A DNA stretch of 64,000 bases from an uncultured Pseudomonadota bacterium (GCA_963770835.1 CAVYRH010000008.1:96001-160000); one strand, 5' to 3'. Positions 17,401 through 26,940 are shown, counted from the first letter of the stretch. Program-made: numbers and translations. Notes: generated by a model not told the origin, from the letters alone.

Positions 17401-17705
17401 TTGGATTCGATATGCTCAATACCGTTGACATAGAAGAATTGGCTTTCGAAGTTATAGGTGAGGAAACTTTCCACCTGGGCCGGACTTAAGCCACCGTAAG
17501 GCTCCACCACGAAAATTTGGGGCGTACCCAAATCCGGGAAGATATCGAACTGCATGTTAAAAAGTGCCGAAAGGGCTCCCAGCGCGATGGCGATACAAAG
17601 CACCACCATGGTGATCGGGCGGCGCATTGCCAATTCCACGAGCTTCACCCGAAAGACACCCGCAAGGCTTTTGTTCTTATCATTCAATCGTTTTTTTAAA
17701 GGCAT
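14472..17705 (-). CDS. RND efflux permease, copy 1
   Basis: 1077 aa; same motifs; close paralog of 11195..14404. Confidence 0.95.
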   Translation of the reverse strand: MPLKKRLNDKNKSLAGVFRVKLVELAMRRPITMVVLCIAIALGALSALFNMQFDIFPDLGTPQIFVVEPYGGLSPAQVESFLTYNFESQFFYVNGIEHIESKSIAQTSIIKLRFHAGTNMAAAMAEVVAYSSRALKNMPAGTLPPLILRFDSGSLPVGDLVFSSPGRNLGDIEDYALNYVRPLLATLPGILAPNPFGSSPRTIVINVDPRKLSQFSLSPEDVAVALAKSNLIVPAGNLEIGTQYPLVPMNSIVEKIDELLTVPIRLGTYPTVFLKDIATVSDSTDIQVGYALLNGKRTIYLPVTKHSDASTLTVVNEVKNSIPLFKSVLPKDIEVQYEFDQSGAVKNSISSLAFEGAMGALLTGLMVLLFLGDWRSALIVIINIPLAVMGAIFSLKIAGQTINIMTLGGLALAIGILVDESAITIENIHVRLEKGENLATAAINGASEIFRPAFLIMLCILAVFIPAFFMGGMAKALFVPLTLAVGFSIIWAFFLSMTIVPILATWLLPQGHGQRAKKSQGKDEKEPFIEKLRRAHGRILEFIYRYRWPFQGLYIIVAVLTILGLGTLIGREIFPQVDSHQLALRVRAPTGTAIDETERITLKVIDLIKQAAGADNVETTLGYVGTQPTQYAINSIFLWTSGPQEASLQVQLKGDSKISTAQLQEKLRPLFQQQLPGVEISFEASGMVDKVMSEGSPKPIEIAVSGHDLDADRQVAARVKQALEGIPGLRDIQYGQPFDYPAVEVQVDRRKAGLRGVQVADIGRSLIPVTSSSRFSLLNFWEDTHSGINYQVQVEVPQNLVTSVDQLKKVPISFNGASLPLDNFAEVQPVTAVAEYDRYNMLRMATVTSNLFGIDLGHADQKIEKALKPIREGLPRGTQIRVQGQVKSLDTMVGGLSAGLLFAIIVILLLLAGSFESFPIAAIVVSNVPAVLTGALALLYLTGSTLNIESFMGTIMAVGVSVSNSILLVTFADLTRRSGVHSWKAAVHGAHSRLRPVLMTAIAMIVGMIPMALGLSESGQQSAPLARAVIGGLLGSTITTLLIMPVIYAIVHHEKPTHTASLDPIDPQSAFYEGRLK

Positions 17706-17949
17706 TTTCTCCCTCAGTATTTGGCCTTTGAAAGGTCCTTTTTAAACAGCTCCATTATTTTTTACGTTTATTCCTAATATTTTGTCCGTTCACGGGTGGA
17801 AAAGCCAAGTCCCGGAAACGTAGAAATGGCGCCTCGCCTTGCGCCTTCCCATCCTAAAACGGCGGCAAACTTCAAGGTTTTGGCGTTATGGGTCCTGGAG
17901 TCCATGGACATTCCATGGACGTCAACAGATCCCTTTATCGTTGGAAATT

Positions 17950-18294
17950 TTAAATTCTTAAAATGCGGAAACTAGGAGGAAGAACGAGGCAAGAGACAGC
18001 TATGGGGCCTGGCCTCAGTGATCGAAGGCCAGGGACAAAAAGCGAATCCTTTGAAATACCTAACCAAACATTCAGGAGACAAAAACCGCGTTTCTCGGTT
18101 TTTTCAAAGGAACTGCGGTAATGGAGGCCTCCCGTGGTCGAATGAACATTGGCGAAAGGGGCTGCCTCCGTAATGGATGCTCCCGTTTTCGGAAACAAAG
18201 AATCCGCCCGATTGGTCAGGCTGGGCCGCAAAGACAAAAGGACAAGGCCGAGGGCCAAGGCCGTTTGGAAAATGATTTTCACCGTGTTTTTCAT
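17950..18294 (-). CDS. LRI-stop small membrane/secreted leader protein #5 (upstream of the RND operon)
   Basis: 114 aa; IFQTALALGLVLLSLRPS; ends PPSFRILRI*; N-terminus resembles #6. Confidence 0.65.
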   Translation of the reverse strand: MKNTVKIIFQTALALGLVLLSLRPSLTNRADSLFPKTGASITEAAPFANVHSTTGGLHYRSSFEKTEKRGFCLLNVWLGISKDSLFVPGLRSLRPGPIAVSCLVLPPSFRILRI

Positions 18295-18425
18295 CGGTAA
18301 TAATTATGGGGGGTCCTGAATTTTTTTTCAAGACGTCTGTCCGAAAGCTGATCTTCCATAAATAACTTCCGGGCTTCCAGAATGGGTTTCGAGGGATTCA
18401 AGGCAAAAACCAGGGGTACAGCGGC

Positions 18426-18674
18426 TTAAGAAAACAGCCTGAGCGCCTTTTTCCTTAAAATCCATTCATCCAAAAGATCAAGCGACTCTTCCTGGGTTTT
18501 GCCCACCATTGCCTTCTTGAGCCACCTAAAACCCAAGACATCATTCAAGAAACTTCTCTTTTTCGGCCGTCTTACGGTGCTGCCAACCTTGTTTCGCCTG
18601 GATGAGGTTGATTTGGCCGTGGATTTAGTTGAAACCCTTTTGGCCGGTTTGACGGCCAGTATGGCTTTTTTCAT
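18426..18674 (-). CDS. Small basic hypothetical protein
   Basis: 82 aa Lys/Arg-rich; GAGG RBS; 15 nt after the PAP2 gene. Confidence 0.5.
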   Translation of the reverse strand: MKKAILAVKPAKRVSTKSTAKSTSSRRNKVGSTVRRPKKRSFLNDVLGFRWLKKAMVGKTQEESLDLLDEWILRKKALRLFS

Positions 18675-18689
18675 TTAAGGCCTCGGATT

Positions 18690-19235
18690 TCAAAAATTCA
18701 ATTGGAAGGCGTAGTGGAGGAATAATAACCCGCTTTGGGCGCTGAAAATTCCCAAGCACATTCCAGCCAGGACATCCGTGGGATAATGCACCCCCAGGTA
18801 AATCCTGGAAAAACCGACCAGCATGGCCCAAAGCAAAGCAGGGGCAATCAAAGCCGGGAATGCCATTGAAACCAGCGTGGCCATCAGGAAGGCCGCCGCC
18901 GTATGGCCCGAGGGAAAGCTGAATTCATCCGGCGGCACGATCAGGCACTGGATGCCTTGAATCCTCATGAAAGGCCTGGGGCGCTTGATGTTTTTCTTTA
19001 ATAGATAGTAAAGGCTCAGCTCGACGGCGAAAGCCACGAGCCCCGCCGCCACAAAGGGCAGGGTACGGGAGTCGATCAGGGCCCAAAGAAGACCCATCAA
19101 AGCGCAGGAATAGCTTTCCGCGCTACGCGATAGGACGTAAAAAAACCTTGTCCAGGATTTCCGGTCCGCGTCACCGAAAATTTTCCCGAACAACCGGACA
19201 TCCCATTGGGTCACTTGTTGAATAAGGCTGGCCAT
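18690..19235 (-). CDS. PAP2-family phosphatase (UppP/BcrC-like)
   Basis: KxxxxRxRP, SFPSGH, SRIYLGVHYPTDV. Confidence 0.92.
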   Translation of the reverse strand: MASLIQQVTQWDVRLFGKIFGDADRKSWTRFFYVLSRSAESYSCALMGLLWALIDSRTLPFVAAGLVAFAVELSLYYLLKKNIKRPRPFMRIQGIQCLIVPPDEFSFPSGHTAAAFLMATLVSMAFPALIAPALLWAMLVGFSRIYLGVHYPTDVLAGMCLGIFSAQSGLLFLHYAFQLNF

Positions 19236-19497
19236 AACTATCCTTTCAGGGCCCTTAAGGTAAGAGAACCCTGTTTCGCTCGTGTAAATCCGCCATTAAG
19301 CTTCAGCAAAACCCGAAAAGGCTCAAAAACCCTTGAGAAACAGGAAATTTAACATTAGAAACCGTTCCTAAAAGGCTAAAAACTGTTAAAATAAGCCCCT
19401 TTTTGGGCCCTTGTCATCGTTGAAAAGAATGCCCCTACGGTTTTTCACCAATTTTTGGCAGCTATAGGCCACCTAACATTCATTCGATTGGAGTTCC

Positions 19498-21011
19498 ATG
19501 CCTACTCTTTGCGCTATTGACGTCGGCTCCAACGCCATGAGGCTGGCTATCGGCTTCATGGACCATAACCGCAAGCTCCACGTCGTAGAGGACCTGCGCG
19601 AGCCCGTTCGCTTGGGTTTGGACGTCTTCACCAAGGGTTCCATTTCGAAGGAAACCACTCGACGTTCCATCGAGGCTTTTAAGCGGTTCAAGGAAGTCAT
19701 CGAACAGCACCACGTCCTGAAAATCCGGGCGGTGGCCACCAGCGCCTTGCGGGAAGCCCAAAACCGCGACGCTTTCATCAAGAAGATCCATCCAGGCCAC
19801 AGGCATCGAGCTGAAGACCATCACGGCCGAGGAAGAGGCCCTGCTGGTCTACCTGGCGGTTTCCAAGAAAATCCCCCTGGAATCAAAGACCGCGATGCTG
19901 GTGGACATCGGCGGTGGCAGCGTGGAAATCACCTTGGCGCGAAACGGCAAGATCCTGGCCACCGAGAGCTTCCAGATGGGCGCCGTACGTCTCCTGCAGG
20001 TATTGGAGCGCCAAAAATACGGTGAGAAAAAGTTCAATCTCATGGTGCAGGAATACGTGGAGGCCGCCCGCAAGCGCTTCAACCAGAAACTTGCCGGGGC
20101 GAAAATCGAACTGTGCGTGGGCACGGGCGGGAACCTGGACGCCCTCCTGCTGCTCAAGGACCAGTTGCTGCACAAAAAGGACACCAGCTTCGTCACCCGC
20201 CTTGAACTGCAGTCCATCCTGGCCCGGGTGCGTAAATATTCCTACGACGACCGCATCACCAAGCTGGGCCTGCGGCCCGACCGCGCGGACGTCATCATCC
20301 CCGCCGCCACCGCCCTTTTGCAAATCCTGGAAGTCAGCCGGTCGAGCCGGGTTTATATCCCCAATGTGGGCGTCAAGGAAGGCCTCCTGATCGACATGGT
20401 TTCCGAGCTCTTGACCGGAGGCCCGCCACTTCACCGGGACGAGGTATTGAACTCCATCCGACGCACAGGCGAGAAATATTCCTACGACGAGGCCCATGCT
20501 GAAACCGTGGCCCGGCTGTCCCTCCAGCTTTTTGACAAAACCCGGAATCTCCACCGTCTTGGAGACGACAACAAGCTCATCCTGGAGGCTGCGGCCCGCC
20601 TGCACGACATCGGCCAGTTCATCAGTTACGCCGCCCATCACAAACATTCCTATTACCTCATCAAGGCCTCCCAGCTCATCGGCTTGAGCCCGGAACAAGT
20701 GGAGCTGGTTGCCAACATCTCGCGCTATCACCGAAAGGCCATGCCCAAAGCCACCCATGAGAGCTACCGACTCCTCCAGCCGAGGGAAAAGCTGACGGTC
20801 TGCAAGCTGGCCGCCCTTTTGCGGCTGGCCGACGCCATGGACCACGATCATTCCAGCCGCGTACAAGATTTCAGCATCCAGTACAAGAGGCCCCATTTCT
20901 CTGTCAAAATGACGGGCCAAGGTGATTTGCTTTTGGAACGTTGGGCGCTTGTTGAAAAAGTGCGACCTCTTCGAAAAGGTCTTCAAGATGAAGTTCAACG
21001 TCAAAAGTTAA
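19498..21011 (+). pseudogene. ppx: Ppx/GppA exopolyphosphatase with HD domain; two +1 frameshifts (pseudogene or sequencing error)
   Basis: AIDVGSNAMRL, ATSALREA, then a frame change near 19790; DIGGGSVE, RADVII, LHDIG, LRLADAMD; second frame change near 20948. Confidence 0.85.
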
Positions 21012-21056
21012 CGGCAGTGGAACAACAACGTTTCTGATCAAGCGAAGGAGTTATTC

Positions 21057-21752
21057 ATGTCAAAAGTAAAGGTCAGCAAAGAAATTGAGGGAAAGCTCGT
21101 CGCCGTGGAGGGGCTGGACGGATCGGGCAAATCCACCCAGATCCGGCTCCTGAAGCGCTGGTTGGAGTTGGAAGGCTATAAGGTCTTCTTCACGGAGTGG
21201 AACTCCTCCGACTTGGTGAAAAAGGCCACCCGAAAGGGCAAAAAAAAGAAGCTCCTGACACCCACCACCTTCTCCCTTATCCACGCCACCGATTTTGCCG
21301 ACCGTTATGAGCGCCAGATCCTGCCCCTTTTAAAAGGGGGTTACGTTGTGTTGGCGGACCGTTACGTTTACACCGCCTTCGCCCGCGACTCGGTGCGCGG
21401 CTGCGACCGGGACTGGCTGAGAAAGCTTTACCGTTTCGCCCGCAAACCCGACATCACCTTTTTCTTCGAGCTGCCCCTGGAGGTGGCCTTGGGGAGGATA
21501 TTGGAGGGCCGGCCCGCCCTCAAATATCACGAAGCCGGCATGGACCTGGGGTTTTCCAAGGACCCTTATGAGTCCTTCAGGGTTTTTCAGGGAAAGATCT
21601 ACGAGGAATACGGCCGCATCTTCAAGGAATTTCCGGCCGAGCGTATCAACGCTTGCGACCCTTCCGAGGGGCAGCAAGCCCGGATGCGGGAAACCGTGCG
21701 AAGGCTTATCGACTTGAAAAAGTTCAAATTGAAACGGGGGATGAAAGTATGA
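21057..21752 (+). CDS. Thymidylate kinase-like P-loop kinase 1
   Basis: VEGLDGSGKST, LADRY, PDITFF. Confidence 0.88.
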   Translation: MSKVKVSKEIEGKLVAVEGLDGSGKSTQIRLLKRWLELEGYKVFFTEWNSSDLVKKATRKGKKKKLLTPTTFSLIHATDFADRYERQILPLLKGGYVVLADRYVYTAFARDSVRGCDRDWLRKLYRFARKPDITFFFELPLEVALGRILEGRPALKYHEAGMDLGFSKDPYESFRVFQGKIYEEYGRIFKEFPAERINACDPSEGQQARMRETVRRLIDLKKFKLKRGMKV

Positions 21753-22576
21753 AACCCAAACGTTTTTATGGCAAGGGGCTTCCCAATGTCGACCCCACCC
21801 AGTTGATGGGGACCTTGATCGTCATCGAGGGTTCCGATGGCGCAGGGCGGTCCACCCAGATCGACTTTCTTTTGAACTGGCTGGAGCGTAAAGGCTATCC
21901 CACAGTACTCGTTGGCTTGAAACGCTCTGAGTTGGTGGGAGAAGCCTTGGCCGAGGCCATGCAGGGGAATACCCTCAACGCTATTACCTTGAACCTGTTC
22001 TATGCCACCGATTTCGCCGACCAATTGGAGCGAGTCATCATCCCAGCGCTAAAAGCCGGCTTCGTAGTCTTGGCCGACCGCTATATCTATACCCTCATGG
22101 CCCGAGACATCGTCCGGGGCTCCTCCATGGAATGGCTTAAGGAAATCTACGGCTTCGCCCTCGTTCCCGACGCCGTCTTCTACCTGAACACCAGTCCCAA
22201 GATCCTGGCGGAGCGGAATTTCCAGAAACGCGGATATCTCGATTACTGGGAATCGGGAATGGATATCCAACGGGTGGGGGGTATGTATGACAACTTCATT
22301 AAATACCAGAACCGCCTGCACAAGGTTTTCCAGGTCCTCCAGAGGGAATACAGCTTTTACAGCATCCAGGGGAGCCGTCCCGCCTTTTCCATCGCCAAGG
22401 AAATCCGGGGTCGGGTGGAAAAAATCCTGACCGCCATCGGGGAAAAAACCGTTGAAAAAGCTTTGGAAAAAAGCCCTTCCATCCCGGCCAAGGAGCCTGT
22501 TTCGGCAGCCATGGAAAAACCCGCTCCTGAGCCGGTCCAGGAAAAAACAAACGGAGCCGACAAGCCTAAGGCTTAA
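21749..22576 (+). CDS. Thymidylate kinase-like P-loop kinase 2 (P-loop Lys->Arg)
   Basis: IEGSDGAGRST, LADRY, PDAVFYL; ATGA overlap with kinase 1. Confidence 0.85.
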   Translation: MKPKRFYGKGLPNVDPTQLMGTLIVIEGSDGAGRSTQIDFLLNWLERKGYPTVLVGLKRSELVGEALAEAMQGNTLNAITLNLFYATDFADQLERVIIPALKAGFVVLADRYIYTLMARDIVRGSSMEWLKEIYGFALVPDAVFYLNTSPKILAERNFQKRGYLDYWESGMDIQRVGGMYDNFIKYQNRLHKVFQVLQREYSFYSIQGSRPAFSIAKEIRGRVEKILTAIGEKTVEKALEKSPSIPAKEPVSAAMEKPAPEPVQEKTNGADKPKA

Positions 22577-22599
22577 AACGGGCCGTCACGAGAACCGGT

Positions 22600-23127
22600 T
22601 TAGCCAGCCAGAAACATCCTGAAAAAAGCCAGGTAATGCTTGTATTGAAGATACATGAGTTCGAAGAGGGCGTCGTGGAGTTCGTAATTGGTCCCTCCTC
22701 CCAGCCGGGAAAGGACCTCCTTCACGCAATAATAGCGGGGCCCGGGGCCCGAACCTTGGGGATCTATCGTGTCCTTCCAAAACCGTTGCAAATCTCCGAC
22801 GATTTTCATTACTTCCTCCCGCAGTCCCTCGATTTCGTCTTTCCCTTTCAGTTGAATCAAATCCTGGTTGCGGAAGGATTCCAGGATGTAGTCCCGTGTA
22901 ACGGCTTTGCGTTCTTCCTCTGAAAGTTTTTGGACAACGAAGTCGGCCTTCAAGGTTTGGACCAGGTTGCAGGTACTGAGCGCCATGACGAGTTTGAGGA
23001 CGTCCTTGGGCGGCGCGGAGAAGGGGTGTTTCTTTTGTTTCAGGATGCCCAGGTTCTCGTCCAGACCGGTATTTTTGATGATCTGCCGGGCAACCACAAG
23101 GCTGTTGAACTTTTTGTCGAAGAACAT
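22600..23127 (-). CDS. Hypothetical protein
   Basis: 175-aa ORF downstream of and co-oriented with phoR; no motif recognised. Confidence 0.55.
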   Translation of the reverse strand: MFFDKKFNSLVVARQIIKNTGLDENLGILKQKKHPFSAPPKDVLKLVMALSTCNLVQTLKADFVVQKLSEEERKAVTRDYILESFRNQDLIQLKGKDEIEGLREEVMKIVGDLQRFWKDTIDPQGSGPGPRYYCVKEVLSRLGGGTNYELHDALFELMYLQYKHYLAFFRMFLAG

Positions 23128-23213
23128 GGATGCCTATCCTACCAAATAAAGCGCCCTTGGAAGTAGGCCAGCTGGGGGAAAAACATGTTGGAAAATTTGA
23201 GGCTCCGGACCTG

Positions 23214-24539
23214 CTAGGAAACACCCGGGAGGGCCACGGTGAAAGTACTTCCCTTCCCTTCCTCGCTGGCTAGGAAAACCTCGCCGTTCATCTTCTCCAC
23301 CAAGTGCTTCACGATGGAAAGTCCCAGACCCGTGCCGCCCGCTTCGCGGCTGCGGGACACATCCACCCGGAAAAACCGCTCGAATACCCGCGATTGGGCT
23401 TCCTTGGGGATACCGATGCCATGGTCCTCAACGGCAATCTCCACTTTACCGTCCTCCCGAATCTTGGCCCCCAGCAGGATTTCGCTCTTTTGCGGCGAAT
23501 ACTTGACCGCGTTATCCAGCAAATTTTCCAGGACGTGGAAAAGGCCCTCCCGGTGGGCTGTCGCCTTGGTGCCCGGGGGAATCTCCTGCTGGAGGACGAT
23601 CCCCTTGGCTTCCAGCTTAGCCTTCAATAGTTCGACCGCCTGCTGCGCGACATCCGCCACTTCAACCGTTTCCAGGGAGTTAATGTACATACCGCTTTCG
23701 ATGCGGCCCAGTTCCAGGACGTCCGAAATGAGGGCGTTCAACCGCTGGGCTTGGTCCGAAATTTTCTGGAGAAACTGTCCCCGGTTCTTCTTATCGTCGA
23801 TGGCGCCCGAAAGTAGGGTTTCCACGTAGCCTAGGACCGCCGTCAAAGGTGTCTTCAACTCGTGGGAAACATTGGCCACGAACTCGGTGCGCATGCGCAT
23901 GAGGCGCTTGAAAGGGGTGATGTCGGAAAGAACCACGATCTGCCCCAGGAGATGCTCCCGTTCCACGCGGATGGCGGCCACGCTGACCGCGAAAGTCTTT
24001 TCCTCGCGGCCCAAGGTAAAGTCGATTTCACCGCTGGAAAGATTCTCTCGCTTGGATCGGGCCAAAAGATCCGCCAAAACCGGATTTCGAACCACTTCGA
24101 GGTAGTGGCGCCCCAGGGTTCCCTTCTCCGCTGTGCCTAATATCTTCTCGCCCATGGGATTCATGAGAACGATTCGGTCGGCCTGGTTGAGCAGCAGCAC
24201 GCCTTCCCCCATACTATTCAAAACGACGTTCAGCATAGATTCGTTGGACCCCAGCCTCTCCAGCATTTCCTCGAAGTTGCGGCCGGGAATGAAAACATCC
24301 CTATTGTCCTCCGCAGGGGAAATTGAGGGGTCGGGCTGAACAGGGGATAGGGATTCCTTTTTACTGTTGGGGGAAGGGTTTTCCCCCAATAGAAGACGTG
24401 CACATCCCAAACCCAAGAAAATCCCGGACAATACGAAAAACGGATCTTTCCAAGCGGTTAAGTTCAGTCCGAGGAAAAAGAACCCCACGGCAAAGACGGC
24501 CCCTAGGACCGCCCAAAGGAGACGGGAATTTGGTTTCAT
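23214..24539 (-). CDS. phoR: PhoR-like sensor histidine kinase (TM, PAS, HisKA, HATPase)
   Basis: EFVANVSHELKTPLT, NLLDNAVKY, DHGIGI, ERFFRVDVSRSREAGGTGLGLSIVKH. Confidence 0.85.
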   Translation of the reverse strand: MKPNSRLLWAVLGAVFAVGFFFLGLNLTAWKDPFFVLSGIFLGLGCARLLLGENPSPNSKKESLSPVQPDPSISPAEDNRDVFIPGRNFEEMLERLGSNESMLNVVLNSMGEGVLLLNQADRIVLMNPMGEKILGTAEKGTLGRHYLEVVRNPVLADLLARSKRENLSSGEIDFTLGREEKTFAVSVAAIRVEREHLLGQIVVLSDITPFKRLMRMRTEFVANVSHELKTPLTAVLGYVETLLSGAIDDKKNRGQFLQKISDQAQRLNALISDVLELGRIESGMYINSLETVEVADVAQQAVELLKAKLEAKGIVLQQEIPPGTKATAHREGLFHVLENLLDNAVKYSPQKSEILLGAKIREDGKVEIAVEDHGIGIPKEAQSRVFERFFRVDVSRSREAGGTGLGLSIVKHLVEKMNGEVFLASEEGKGSTFTVALPGVS

Positions 24540-24640
24540 TAAAGAATTTCCGGAGAAGTTTTGAGTCGCATAGTTTTTAGGCAGGAACAGGCTTGGACCC
24601 CAAGCTTTTTCTATTAAGCCGAAAAGGCGAACTCAAATCC

Positions 24641-25330
24641 TTAAGATGTCGCTTCCTCTTTGAAGAGGTAGCCATAGCCCTTGACGGTCTGGATGTGCTT
24701 GTCGTAAGCGCCCAACTTTTCCCTCAAGCGCCTCACGTGGACGTCCACCGTGCGGGTCGTACCGAAATAATCATAACCCCAAACGTTGTTTAAGAGAACG
24801 TCCCGGGAGAGGACCCGTCCCGAGTGGGTGAGGAAATAATCCAAAAGCTCGAATTCCTTGGCGGTCAGGTCTAATTTCTGCGATTTCAGGATCACCTCGT
24901 GCTTGGCCCGGTTGAGGGTCAAATCCTTGAACTTTTGAACCGCCTCGCCTTCCTGTGCCTTGCTGAAACGCCTCAACACAGCCCGCACCCGTGCTAAAAG
25001 TTCCTTCACCGAAAAGGGTTTGGTCACGTAATCATCGGCCCCCAATTCCAGCCCCACGATCTTATCCGATTCTTCGCCTTTGGCCGTCAACATCACAACG
25101 GGAATGTGGTTGGTTTTAGGGTTGGCCTTCAAGGTCTTGCAGACGGTAAGGCCGTCCACCTTCGGAAGCATCAAGTCCAGCAGCACCAAGTCCGGCATCT
25201 TATCCGGGATTTTTTTGAGGGCCGTTTCGCCGTCCATTTCGGAAAGAACGCGGTATCCGTCTTTTTCAAGGTTATAGGTCAAAAGCTCCACCAGGTCCTT
25301 CTCGTCCTCAACAACAAAAATCTGTTTCAT
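24641..25330 (-). CDS. phoB: PhoB/PhoP OmpR-family response regulator
   Basis: VEDE, LLDLMLP, GADDYVTKPF, TRTVDVHVRRLREKL. Confidence 0.85.
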   Translation of the reverse strand: MKQIFVVEDEKDLVELLTYNLEKDGYRVLSEMDGETALKKIPDKMPDLVLLDLMLPKVDGLTVCKTLKANPKTNHIPVVMLTAKGEESDKIVGLELGADDYVTKPFSVKELLARVRAVLRRFSKAQEGEAVQKFKDLTLNRAKHEVILKSQKLDLTAKEFELLDYFLTHSGRVLSRDVLLNNVWGYDYFGTTRTVDVHVRRLREKLGAYDKHIQTVKGYGYLFKEEATS

Positions 25331-25391
25331 GATTTTTCCTTAAAACTCTCACTCAATTCCGGGGGATTATAACGAAGGCTTCCAGAGGTGA

Positions 25392-25487
25392 TGTTAAACC
25401 GGTGTTAAACCAATTTACATAACATAAAAGAAATAACGGGAACTCAATGAAGTTAAAACCGGGCCCACAATTAACTCCTTATTTACC
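25392..25487. promoter_or_regulatory. Pho-box-like 11-bp-period repeats in the divergent phoB / receiver intergenic region
   Basis: TGTTAAA at 25392 and 25403; TTAAC/TTTAC at 25471 and 25482. Confidence 0.55.
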
Positions 25488-25551
25488 CTTTCTTCAAATC
25501 ACCGGGCTTTGTCATCCCTATCTTACACCCAAAAAAGTGAGGAGTTGCCCA

Positions 25552-25947
25552 ATGGAACGAATCATGATCATCGACTCCGATATCAGGCAAATGCAGGAAT
25601 TAAACCATGGTCTTTCCGAGAATTACCAAATTTTGAATTGCAGCCGGGGTTCCAAAGCCATGGATTTGTTCAAACTGTACATTCCTTCGGCCTTGGTGTT
25701 GGATCCCGCCACTCCCGAACTAAACGCCCGGGAGTTTATCCATCAGGTTCGATCCCTGCCCGCCGGTTGGCGCTTGCCGATCCTTGCCTTGACCCGCATT
25801 ACCACCCTGCGGCGCATCGAGGAAAGCTTCGACTGGGGGGTAGATATGATCTTTTCCAAGCCATGTTCCGGAGAAAGGGTCAAAAAAAAGCTGGCGGAAT
25901 GTTTTTCTGGGGTGCAAAGGCACGAGGAATTGGCGGGAGTGGACTGA
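25552..25947 (+). CDS. Single-domain response regulator receiver
   Basis: GAGGAG RBS; IMIIDSD, LVLDP, PILALT, FSKP. Confidence 0.75.
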   Translation: MERIMIIDSDIRQMQELNHGLSENYQILNCSRGSKAMDLFKLYIPSALVLDPATPELNAREFIHQVRSLPAGWRLPILALTRITTLRRIEESFDWGVDMIFSKPCSGERVKKKLAECFSGVQRHEELAGVD

Positions 25948-26032
25948 AGGCTCAAGTCTGGAAACCGACGTTTTTTGAGGCTGCACAACCTTTGACCTAG
26001 TAAAAAGCCGAGTTTCGGTCAAAACGCCTCTT

Positions 26033-26060
26033 TTTAACCTGGATTTAACTATCATTTGAC
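26033..26060 (+). promoter_or_regulatory. Pho-box-like triple repeat upstream of the PHP gene
   Basis: TTTAAC 26033, TTTAAC 26044, TTTGAC 26055 (exact 11-bp period). Confidence 0.65.
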
Positions 26061-26098
26061 TTTTAACTTACAAGAGGTCATTACACTCAGGTTCCGGA

Positions 26099-26809
26099 AT
26101 GGCCAAAGCTGACTTACACCTCCACACCGACTTTTCCGATGGGCTTCATGCCCCCCGCCAAGTGGTTCAAGCCGCCTCGAAAGCTGGTCTCCCCATCATT
26201 GCCGTCACCGACCACGACACCATGGAAGGTGCCTTGCGCGCCCATGAATACTCCCTCCGCCGGCCTGATTTGGGCGTTCAGGTCATCCTGGGTGAGGAAG
26301 TCAGCACCCTCAACGGGCACGTTATCGGGCTTTTCCTCAAAAAATTCATTCCGGCGCGTCTTTCGGCGAAACGCACGGTAGATCTCATCCACCACCAAGG
26401 CGGCGTCGCAATCCTGGCCCATCCTTTCCATGTATATACAGGCAAACATTCCGACCACGCAAGGGCAGTTGATTTGCTTTCTGAAATCCCTTTCGACGGC
26501 ATGGAGACCATCAATCACGGGGACGCTCTTTCCTTCTGGAGCAATAAAAAAGCCCGAAAAATCATCGGCCAGCACCGTTTGGCGGCCATCGGTTGCAGTG
26601 ACGCGCATAATTCCCGCTTCATCGGCATGGGTTACACCGAATTCGACGGAAGGACGGCGGAAGATTTGCGGGCCGCTATCCTGACCCGTCGCACCCAGGC
26701 TCGTTACAACCGTTCCTGGAAAATCAACGACATCCTGGTCCATCTCAGGGATGCCGCTCCCGTCTTGAGCCGCTACTCCAAAAAAATGGCGACCGTCTCC
26801 ACCAGCTGA
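26099..26809 (+). CDS. PHP-domain metal-dependent phosphoesterase
   Basis: DLHLHTDFSDG, VTDHD, GEEVS, AHP, SDAH. Confidence 0.9.
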   Translation: MAKADLHLHTDFSDGLHAPRQVVQAASKAGLPIIAVTDHDTMEGALRAHEYSLRRPDLGVQVILGEEVSTLNGHVIGLFLKKFIPARLSAKRTVDLIHHQGGVAILAHPFHVYTGKHSDHARAVDLLSEIPFDGMETINHGDALSFWSNKKARKIIGQHRLAAIGCSDAHNSRFIGMGYTEFDGRTAEDLRAAILTRRTQARYNRSWKINDILVHLRDAAPVLSRYSKKMATVSTS

Positions 26810-26820
26810 AAATCAATTTC

Positions 26821-26919
26821 GAATTATGAATGTTAAACTTTGAATGATGGTCATTTTCTTCCGGTTTTTTTCGGAAGAAAAATTTTCCTAAATTCAAAAT
26901 TAAGAATTCAGAATTAAAA
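26821..26919. repeat. Inverted arrays of degenerate heptamers between convergent genes
   Basis: gaattat-gaatgtt-aaacttt-gaat ... aattcaa-aattaag-aattcag-aattaaa. Confidence 0.45.
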
Positions 26920-26940
26920 ACTCCGCCGTCTTTGCGGGAA

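Noticed and set aside
19270..19400. Pho boxes between the PAP2 gene and ppx
   Set aside because: TTAAC-like hexamers are present but the spacing is inconsistent (10 vs 11 bp).
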